Sequence record: ON568341.1 | DNA: 64,000 bases | Reading direction: 5' to 3' (one strand) | Source of the DNA: Escherichia phage UE-S1 | Part shown: positions 55,366-64,000 of the stretch, piece by piece | Numbering within the stretch: position 1 is the first letter of the stretch | Layout of the letters: the number at the start of each line of letters is the position of its first letter | Made by a program: the position numbers and the translations under genes | Notes under the pieces: model-generated | What the model saw: the letters and a program-made list of their open reading frames with translations, nothing else | The model's database searches: none | Told to the model about the DNA's origin: nothing

Positions 55366-58029
55366 ATGGCAGGAGATCTACTCTCACCTGGCGTGTCTAT
55401 CTCAGTAACTGATAACAGTATGAGTACTGCTGCTGCTCCAGGCACAGTACCACTATTTGTAATTGCTACTGCTGAAGACAAACTTGTTCCTGGTAGCAAT
55501 GCAATTGCTGTAGGAACTACTAAAGCAAATGCTGGAAAACTACAGCTTTTGACATCACAAAAAAGCTCACTTGATACCTATGGTACACCAATTTTCCAAA
55601 CGAATAACGGTTCTGTTGTTCAGGGGGATGAACTAAACGAATATGGTCTACATGCAGTATATTCTTATCTAGGGATTACTAATCGTGCATATGTAATTCG
55701 TGCTGACATTGATCTAGCACAATTAGCACCAAGTGCACAAGCCCCAACTGGTCCAGTTTCAAATGGCACTTTGTGGTTTGATACTGCACAATCACAAGTT
55801 GAGGCATATGTAGCTAAGAAAGACAGCCCTAGTAGTTTTTATGATTGGCAGCTTAAACCAGTCACTATTGTAAGTGCAGAAGAAGTTGAGGATGTAAGTT
55901 TAGTTGGTTTGAATGTTGATGATTTGGTTCTACGTTATAAACCAAGTAATGGTCAGATGCTAATGTATAAACGTTCCGCTTCTGGTTTGGTGCAAATGGA
56001 AACTTACCTATCCCCTATCAACAAAGTTCCAGTAGGCTCCACTGTGGAGAAAGGAAACATTTGGATTCGTGATGGTTATACCCAAAATGGGTCAAACTAT
56101 TTTGGCACTCGTTTTGTTATTAAACGTTATGCATCTTTAACTCAAGTTTGGAATATTGTGCCAGCATTTACTGGTAATTCATTCCAAGAAATTGAAGCGA
56201 AAAGTGGTGTTCTAAATAATAGTTATATCGCATCTCGCTTTGATGATGATAGCAAAAGTTTCTCTTTTTATATTCAAAGTGCAAAACTATCAACAATTAG
56301 TGCTCCTGCTTTGCCATTAGGTGAAACCATTATTGAACAAGCAGGTGATGATAGTTATATGATTTTCACTTATTTGAACAAATCTGTTAAAGTTCTAGCA
56401 GTACCTAATGGTGGTGTTATCAATACACAAACTATCATCAATAATCTAAATTCTAATGCTGAAGTAATTAACGATGGTTTCAAATTCAAACGTGAAACTA
56501 ATGGAGGTTTGGTTATCACCAATACTAAAGGGTATAGTTTCAAAATTACCCAAAGTGGTGATGATATTTTTGCAGCAGATGAACTACAAAAACTAACTGT
56601 AAACAGTAACAACTACTCCCAAATCAATCTTAAAAACTTCCGTGTTAGTTATGAAGTACCACGTAATATCGCAAAAGATGGTACATTATGGTATAATTTT
56701 GGAAACTCTGATAATTTAAATGTTACTTTGTATGTAGCTGATGTAGCAAACGACAAATGGGAGCTTGTTCAAGACGAAAACAAATATGTACAAGTCGATG
56801 AGCCAGCAGCAGATCGTACAATTTGGGTATGCCCTCTTTCACAAGGTATCGATGGATACGAATTCTATCGTAATGTCGATGGTGAATGGGTTAAACTTGA
56901 CAATACAGATCAAAGCACATTAAATGGTATGGTTTTCCATGACTTTAATACTCCATCAAAAGTTCCCGCTGCTGCATTGTATCAAAATGGTATGTTGGCA
57001 GTAGACTTAGGCAATACTGAAGGTGTTGTTAAGAAAATGGTTAATGGAAAATGGGAAGTTGTTAGTGGTGTAAGTATTGATGGTGCTGGTTTGTTTGGTC
57101 GTGCTGCACAACGTCAACTTGTCGTCGAAGCACTGGCAGCAGTTATTGTTGGTAATGATGAAATTCGTTCCGAATTTATTGATTTCAATCTAATTTGTGT
57201 ACCTGGTTATGTTGAAACTCTAGCTGAATGTGTAACTTTAAATACAGATCGTAAAGAAACTGCATTTATCGTAACTGACGTTCCTGCACGATTGGACCCA
57301 ACTGGTAATGGTAGTGCTGTTCAGAAATGGGCTACTAATGCTAATAATGCACCAAGTAATGGCCCAGTTGGTAGAACAACTGCATATGATTATGCAGCCC
57401 AGTATATGGGGTGGTGTCTAAGTACAAACGTAGATGGTATGGAAGTTGCTGTACCAGGAAGCACTATTGCAATGCGTACTTATGCATATAGTGATAGCGT
57501 TAGTTATGTGTGGTATCCACCTGCTGGTACAACTCGTGGCGTTGTGACTAATGCTGCAAGTACTGGTTTCATTAATAGTGAAGGTGAATATCAACCAGTT
57601 GTATACAATCAAGGCCAACGTGATGTTATGTATACAAACAACATTAACCCAATTGCAATGCGTCCGAATCGTGGCTTACTTGTGTATGGAGATAAAACGC
57701 TATCTGCTAATCAAACATCAGCACTAAGCCGCGTTAACGTCGCACGTTTAGTTGTTTATATTCGTCGTCAACTTGAAATTATTTCTGAACCATTCCTATT
57801 CCGTTTGAATACCCCAAGTACTCGTCAGGAATTCAGTGGTGTAGTTAATAGTTTTTTGGCAGAAATTGTTCAACAACAAGGTCTATATAATTTCGCAGTA
57901 GTTTGTGACGAAAGTAACAACACTTCTGAACGTATTGACCGTAATGAACTTTGGATGGATATTGCAATCCAACCAACCAAGTCTATTAACTTCATATACG
58001 TACCAATTCGTATTGAAAAGACTCAATAA
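55366..58029 (+). CDS. tail sheath protein (gp18-like)
   Basis: N-terminal LLSPGV and C-terminal RVNVARL .. VVCDESNNTSERIDRNELW .. IQPTKSINFIYV match conserved myovirus sheath termini; GGAGG RBS; terminator follows. Confidence 0.85.
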   Translation: MAGDLLSPGVSISVTDNSMSTAAAPGTVPLFVIATAEDKLVPGSNAIAVGTTKANAGKLQLLTSQKSSLDTYGTPIFQTNNGSVVQGDELNEYGLHAVYSYLGITNRAYVIRADIDLAQLAPSAQAPTGPVSNGTLWFDTAQSQVEAYVAKKDSPSSFYDWQLKPVTIVSAEEVEDVSLVGLNVDDLVLRYKPSNGQMLMYKRSASGLVQMETYLSPINKVPVGSTVEKGNIWIRDGYTQNGSNYFGTRFVIKRYASLTQVWNIVPAFTGNSFQEIEAKSGVLNNSYIASRFDDDSKSFSFYIQSAKLSTISAPALPLGETIIEQAGDDSYMIFTYLNKSVKVLAVPNGGVINTQTIINNLNSNAEVINDGFKFKRETNGGLVITNTKGYSFKITQSGDDIFAADELQKLTVNSNNYSQINLKNFRVSYEVPRNIAKDGTLWYNFGNSDNLNVTLYVADVANDKWELVQDENKYVQVDEPAADRTIWVCPLSQGIDGYEFYRNVDGEWVKLDNTDQSTLNGMVFHDFNTPSKVPAAALYQNGMLAVDLGNTEGVVKKMVNGKWEVVSGVSIDGAGLFGRAAQRQLVVEALAAVIVGNDEIRSEFIDFNLICVPGYVETLAECVTLNTDRKETAFIVTDVPARLDPTGNGSAVQKWATNANNAPSNGPVGRTTAYDYAAQYMGWCLSTNVDGMEVAVPGSTIAMRTYAYSDSVSYVWYPPAGTTRGVVTNAASTGFINSEGEYQPVVYNQGQRDVMYTNNINPIAMRPNRGLLVYGDKTLSANQTSALSRVNVARLVVYIRRQLEIISEPFLFRLNTPSTRQEFSGVVNSFLAEIVQQQGLYNFAVVCDESNNTSERIDRNELWMDIAIQPTKSINFIYVPIRIEKTQ

Positions 58030-58037
58030 AACACAAA

Positions 58038-58062
58038 GGGAACCTCGTGGTTCCCTTTTTTA
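58038..58062 (+). terminator. intrinsic terminator after sheath gene
   Basis: GGGAACC / GGTTCCC stem then T6. Confidence 0.8.
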
Positions 58063-58113
58063 TTATTTAAAATTAAATATATTATCTATTAATCACACTT
58101 TTTTGGATATATT

Positions 58114-58260
58114 ATGGAAGAAATACTCAAAAAAACATTACAAGAAGTTAGTAACACCGTATCAACACAGGCTGAATCATTATTGATATTAAAAGCATTT
58201 ATGGAGAATTTAGAACATTGTCGGTATTATTCGTGGTTATACTGTATACACAAATGGTAA
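58114..58260 (+). CDS. candidate small ORF (48 aa)
   Basis: Not on track; between sheath terminator and tube gene; weak RBS. Confidence 0.2.
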   Translation: MEEILKKTLQEVSNTVSTQAESLLILKAFMENLEHCRYYSWLYCIHKW

Positions 58261-58418
58261 ATGGTCTATTGGAATAAATTATATAGATTATAAACAAACT
58301 AAAAAATACTTGTATTGTGTTAATATAGATTGGTTCCCATGTTAATGACATACTTGAATAAAAGTATAAGTAATCGATAAATAAAATAAAGATGTCATTC
58401 CATGATAGGAGAATATAA

Positions 58419-59105
58419 ATGGCTACAATGCTTGATCGATATGGCGTGCCGCTGGCAGGTGGTGGTCGTATCTCTATGAAACAACCGAAGGCAAAATATA
58501 AATTTCGTGTCATTTTCTTTGGTTTCGGTACTAATGATGATGGTAATATGATTACACTAGACACTAATACCGTAGGTGCAGTATCGGTATCACATGAAAA
58601 CGTTACTGTTCATAGTTATAACAGTTCTGCACACTATAAAGGTAAGTACACATGGGATACTATTGAAATTGCTTTCCGTGATTCAGTTGGTAATGCTTCT
58701 GCTAAAGCACTATATAACCAAATGCGTAAAGAATTTAACTATTATAGTCAAGAATCACGTATGACCGATTCTCAATTCAAGTTCGAAATGTGGATTCAAG
58801 AACTTGATGGCTCTAATAGTGAAAATACGTCAAACCTGTTTGAAGGTACATTAAGTACTTGGGTATGTCAAGGTTGCTTTATTGAATCTAGTAACTTTGG
58901 TGATTGGGACTATTCTTCAAGTGATGCACAAGTCATTTCTATGACAGTACAACCTGATGGGTGTGCCAAGTTGGGTCCAAACGGTGAAGCATTTGGTGAT
59001 GAAGTTAGTGGTTTCGGTAATCCATCAACAGCTACTTCTATTTCTGGTGCACAAACTAATATTAGTAGCACTACACTACCAGATAGTAATTTCTATGAAA
59101 AATAA
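58419..59105 (+). CDS. tail tube-like protein (paralogue 1)
   Basis: Follows sheath; N-terminal KYGVPL..GGR.SM.QPKAKYKFRVI shared with next gene; GGAGAA RBS; terminator follows. Confidence 0.6.
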   Translation: MATMLDRYGVPLAGGGRISMKQPKAKYKFRVIFFGFGTNDDGNMITLDTNTVGAVSVSHENVTVHSYNSSAHYKGKYTWDTIEIAFRDSVGNASAKALYNQMRKEFNYYSQESRMTDSQFKFEMWIQELDGSNSENTSNLFEGTLSTWVCQGCFIESSNFGDWDYSSSDAQVISMTVQPDGCAKLGPNGEAFGDEVSGFGNPSTATSISGAQTNISSTTLPDSNFYEK

Positions 59106-59124
59106 TTTCATTTAAACTTAATAT

Positions 59125-59153
59125 AGCCTCGAATCATTTCGAGGCTTTTTTTA
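59125..59153 (+). terminator. intrinsic terminator after first tube gene
   Basis: AGCCTCGAA / TTCGAGGCT stem then T7. Confidence 0.8.
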
Positions 59154-59197
59154 TGCTAAATAAAGTATAATACCTTATAAAATAAAAAGAGGTTGCT

Positions 59198-59974
59198 ATG
59201 GCAAATAACATGATTAATAAATATGGGGTTCCTTTACCATCAGGGCGTAATAGATCTATGCTACAACCAAAAGCAAAATACAAGTTTCGTGTTATTGTAT
59301 ATAATTTCGGTACTGAAATAAATGAACGAGATCACATTGCACTTGATGTGGATAAAATAGATAGACCTACTGTCACATTTAGTACACATAAACTGTATCA
59401 ATTTACTACAAATACATCATATATTGGTAGTTATGATTGGGAACCAATCACATTATCGATCCGTGATTCGGTTGGTAACGCTTCTGCAAAAGCATTATCT
59501 AGACAGTTACAAAAACAACTTGACTTTCAGCGTAGAATAACATCAAGAAGAGTTCATGACTATGGTTCATATAAATTTGGATTAGTTATACAAATGCTTA
59601 GTGGACGTAACTCTGATGATACATTAGATAATTTGGGTAGAGATACATTAGTTGATGCATCCACCGCAGCAACAAATAATACTGGATTGGTTAATGCTGT
59701 CGATCAATTTATAGGTGGTTCGTCTTATAATAGTGCTGGTGTCATGGAATACTTTGTTTTAACGGGATGTGTTATACAAAACATAACATATGACTCTCTT
59801 GATTATAGTTCAAGTTCACCAGTTGAAATGGTAGTAACAATAAAACCAGATAACTGTATACAATTTGATAACATTGAAGAAATGTATAGTACCAGAATAA
59901 ATTCTCTTTTACCTGAAAATGTCAATCAAGGATTAGATATCATTGATCGTGTTTTTGGTAATGTTGGATTTTAA
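59198..59974 (+). CDS. tail tube-like protein (paralogue 2)
   Basis: N-terminus KYGVPLPSGRNRSMLQPKAKYKFRVI and RDSVGNASAKAL shared with 58419-59105. Confidence 0.6.
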   Translation: MANNMINKYGVPLPSGRNRSMLQPKAKYKFRVIVYNFGTEINERDHIALDVDKIDRPTVTFSTHKLYQFTTNTSYIGSYDWEPITLSIRDSVGNASAKALSRQLQKQLDFQRRITSRRVHDYGSYKFGLVIQMLSGRNSDDTLDNLGRDTLVDASTAATNNTGLVNAVDQFIGGSSYNSAGVMEYFVLTGCVIQNITYDSLDYSSSSPVEMVVTIKPDNCIQFDNIEEMYSTRINSLLPENVNQGLDIIDRVFGNVGF

Positions 59975-59985
59975 GGAGATGATGG

Positions 59986-61080
59986 ATGAGTGATTTTTTT
60001 GATTCATTTGTCAGTACTGGCACAAGTATTGTAAATGGGGTTGTTGATAATATAGAAATAGTAAAAGACCCTGCATTCAAAAACTATAATGCTGCTCAAC
60101 GTGTTTTTGGAACAGCAGGTGAAATGGGTTTTTCATTTTATAATTTACCTAAATTTAAAAATAGTTTTATAATTGAATTTGTGTTAACTCCTTTTGCAAA
60201 AAACTTTATTAAAACTCAATTACCAGACACACATACTGGTTTTGACGTTAATAATGTATCATGTTTTGTTAAAGATGTTACATTACCAAGCTTTTCATTT
60301 AATATTGAAACAGTCAATCAATATAATAAAAAACGATTAGTTACTGGAGACATAGTTTATAAACCAAGTAATGTGGTTTTTTATGATACTGTTGATGGTG
60401 CTGGGTACTTATTATTGGATGCATATAGAAAGTTTTATTATGGTGATTTCTTTGATAAAAATCCCCAATCGTACCGTAATGATGTTCTAAGTACACCTGA
60501 TAACTTTAATGGTTTGGGGGGTAACTGGGGTCGTTCCGTTATGAACAACGGTAATTATGATAACCAATACTTTTTTAAATCAATTAATATATATGAAATT
60601 GATAATGAAACATACACAGTACATAATATGATAAACGTATTCATCGAAGATGTACAGTTAGAAACTAAATCTATGGAAAGTGAAGCAGAACCGTCTGTTA
60701 TTTCTTTAACTATGAGATACGAAGCATGTAACAACTTTGGACCTGATGGATATTTGAGTATTAGTGTACCTTCAATGGAGATTGCACATTTGATTACAAA
60801 CACAGAAGGACTTGGTGTTAGTGGTTTCTTCAAATATTTTGGTGAATTGGATGATAAAACAACAGGAATAGAGACAGTTGGCAAAATTATCCGAGCAGGT
60901 ACGTCAGTTAGTGATATAATCAGTAGTGTTGATGATATATTGCGTGGGGACACTACACCTGACACTATTAGAAACATCGGGGCGGCTGTAACCAGAGGTT
61001 CTAATGCTATTGGATTTGGTAGTGTTGTGTCTGAAGCAAGTTCTAAATTTGGACTTGGTAATATACTAGGAGATTTCTAA
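59986..61080 (+). CDS. tail tube-related structural protein (paralogue 3, 364 aa)
   Basis: Shares blocks (SFIIEFVL; ISLTMRYEACNNFGPDG vs ISMTVQPDGCAKLGPNG) with the two upstream tube-like genes. Confidence 0.5.
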   Translation: MSDFFDSFVSTGTSIVNGVVDNIEIVKDPAFKNYNAAQRVFGTAGEMGFSFYNLPKFKNSFIIEFVLTPFAKNFIKTQLPDTHTGFDVNNVSCFVKDVTLPSFSFNIETVNQYNKKRLVTGDIVYKPSNVVFYDTVDGAGYLLLDAYRKFYYGDFFDKNPQSYRNDVLSTPDNFNGLGGNWGRSVMNNGNYDNQYFFKSINIYEIDNETYTVHNMINVFIEDVQLETKSMESEAEPSVISLTMRYEACNNFGPDGYLSISVPSMEIAHLITNTEGLGVSGFFKYFGELDDKTTGIETVGKIIRAGTSVSDIISSVDDILRGDTTPDTIRNIGAAVTRGSNAIGFGSVVSEASSKFGLGNILGDF

Positions 61081-61152
61081 CACACATTTCGTGGAATATT
61101 GAAATGTTTAGAATTAAATATTGTTAAATTAATAAAATCAAAAGGTATATAA

Positions 61153-62163
<1,011 letters not shown>

Positions 62164-62192
62164 CTAAAACATCTATTTAATGGAGTTATTAA

Positions 62193-62729
62193 ATGAACAA
62201 GCTACAACAAATTCTAACACAAAATAAGCCTGTATATGAATATCGTGTCAAATTTGCATTTGAGCCTAGTGCTGAACAATTGAGTAAAGTAACGCAACGT
62301 CTTGTTGATCGTTATGATGCTTTTGAAGTTGGTGCGTTAAAGAAAACAATTTTTATGGAAAAACCACTAGATTTTTATGAACTTGATTGTGGTGAAATTT
62401 GGATGTTTGATTTTAAATGCAATCGTGGTGTACAGTCTAATGTACTAATGTATGAAATTGGAAACCTTCTATCTGTCACCGAAGCACTTATTCGTGTTCG
62501 TAATAAAGATGAACCTCGTCAAATTGAAATGACTGATTTGGAAGATGATATTGATTTTGATGATATCGATGAACCAATTATCGGGGTGGATTTTGGGAAA
62601 CCAGAAGACAGTTATGATTTAGCAGGACAAGAACGTGCTGATACAGCAGTTTCTGATGCAATTGATGCATTTAAAAAAGACAATAAATACTCTCAATATA
62701 TGAGTGCTGGTTTTGGTAAAAAGGATTAA
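62193..62729 (+). CDS. hypothetical protein
   Basis: GGAG RBS. Confidence 0.5.
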   Translation: MNKLQQILTQNKPVYEYRVKFAFEPSAEQLSKVTQRLVDRYDAFEVGALKKTIFMEKPLDFYELDCGEIWMFDFKCNRGVQSNVLMYEIGNLLSVTEALIRVRNKDEPRQIEMTDLEDDIDFDDIDEPIIGVDFGKPEDSYDLAGQERADTAVSDAIDAFKKDNKYSQYMSAGFGKKD

Positions 62730-62732
62730 CAC

Positions 62733-63284
62733 ATGAGTATACTTAATGAAATGTTAGACTATGATGACAAAGAGTTAAACGAGGCTCGCCCATATAGTCG
62801 TTCACAAAGTGCTATTGATAGTGCTAAAGGTAAAGTGAAAGGTTTTTTTGGTAGTGGGCAAATTGAACAAGGTGCACAAGAAGTTGGTGCTGAAGCGAAC
62901 AAGTTGTGGGCTGAGTTTAAACGATATGTAGGCCGCAAATATGGAAAAGCACAGCCAACCGTACCTTATGCTGATGTTGCACAGTTTTTTAAAGGGAACA
63001 ATCTTGATATTAAATACTTGGGTAATAATACACGTCGTTCTTTTACACCAAAAGATGTAGGTACTGCTTTATTAAACGCTGCTCGTGATCTAATGAATGA
63101 CTATCGTGACCAACAAGGCGAGGAAGAACGTTCTGAACCACAACAGTCACAGCGTACTGCACCAGAACAGCAAGAACAGCCAGCACAACAAGAACAACCA
63201 AAAGCACAAGGTTCCAGTATCCCTGATGCTCTACAAAAATTAAGTCCAGAGCAACGCGACCAACTGTTACGTATGCTTTCTTAA
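62733..63284 (+). CDS. hypothetical protein with Gln/Glu-rich low-complexity C-terminus
   Basis: QQSQRTAPEQQEQPAQQEQPKAQ. Confidence 0.5.
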   Translation: MSILNEMLDYDDKELNEARPYSRSQSAIDSAKGKVKGFFGSGQIEQGAQEVGAEANKLWAEFKRYVGRKYGKAQPTVPYADVAQFFKGNNLDIKYLGNNTRRSFTPKDVGTALLNAARDLMNDYRDQQGEEERSEPQQSQRTAPEQQEQPAQQEQPKAQGSSIPDALQKLSPEQRDQLLRMLS

Positions 63285-63298
63285 GGAGAATCAACGCA

Positions 63299-64000
63299 TG
63301 GATAATTTTTTCAGTACTGAAACTGTCACCGTTCCTAATGGTTATGTATATACGTCACATACTGGTGCAAAATATGTATTTCTTGAAGGATTCTGGTTTA
63401 ATGACAGCAACATGTTAATGGTAGACCCTAGAAAATACCCATCCATGTACGCAAGTGCTCGTCAACAAATTGTCGAGCATAATCTAGCCTCAAATGAATA
63501 TAAGATTGGTAAAAAATATATTGTTGAAGGTAAAGAGTGTACATTTATTGGTGAAAACCGTTTCAAAACAAAAGATGGAATTCTGCTGTCTGAAAGTGAA
63601 ATCATCACAGAATTAATGGCAGATGATCATCGTGTATATAACGTTTCAAAAGAAACACTCCAAAAAGAATGGAATGCATTAAAATTTTACATTCTTCCTC
63701 CCTATGCTGATGATATATCAATTCCAGCAGGTATGGAAATTAGTGGTTTTAAGTTTGTTCCAAAGAATCACCGTTTTGTCGATATGAAATCAGGCAGACC
63801 AGTTGATCCAGCAATGACCCGCAAGCTATCCGATGAAGGCATACGTATTGCTCGTCAGTTAGCTTCAAAAAACAAACTAATTCCAATCAAATCAACTTTA
63901 GTTCAAGGTAATACACGTTGTGAGTGGAATGGTAAAGACTTTTGCGATAACGATGGTAATGTGGTAATTCCAGAACAAAATGCACATGCAATTATTAAGG
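63299..64000 (+). CDS. hypothetical protein (5' part; ORF runs off window end)
   Basis: ATG after AAGGAGAA; open to end of window. Confidence 0.4.

Overview
AT-rich (~35% GC), gene-dense window that reads as part of a lytic T4-like myovirus genome: about 100 ORFs, all but one on the + strand, with short intergenic gaps, many start/stop overlaps and about 20 intrinsic terminators. Recognisable genes: DNA ligase (T4 gp30-like), metallophosphoesterase, ClpP, dCMP deaminase, PIN-PhoH, anaerobic ribonucleotide reductase NrdD/NrdG, thymidine kinase, glutaredoxin, CCA-adding enzyme, a dNMP-kinase-like P-loop kinase, a membrane-anchored LysM-lysozyme, a spanin pair, two ~900-aa tail-fibre paralogues, tail sheath (gp18-like) and tail-tube-like paralogues, an Ig-like repeat protein on the - strand, an HNH endonuclease and a large repeat-containing homing-endonuclease-like gene. 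Most other ORFs are small hypotheticals. The items most worth a second look are: a 690-bp ORF-poor island (37637-38325) with its own promoter and terminator, a 29-bp direct repeat and three sub-60-aa ORFs; a Sir2 / Nudix / REC-like cluster; an HslV-like Thr1 peptidase near two ClpP-fold genes; a GrcA-like glycyl-radical gene plus a DUF4326-like gene inserted between nrdD and nrdG; a frameshifted Nudix gene; a candidate Acb1-like 2H phosphoesterase; and macro-domain, ACP-like and pol-beta nucleotidyltransferase genes. No tRNA, rRNA, CRISPR array or integrase was found. All homology calls are motif recognition by eye, not database searches. Coordinates of features not on the ORF track (small ORFs, promoters, terminators) were counted by hand and may be off by 1-2 nt.
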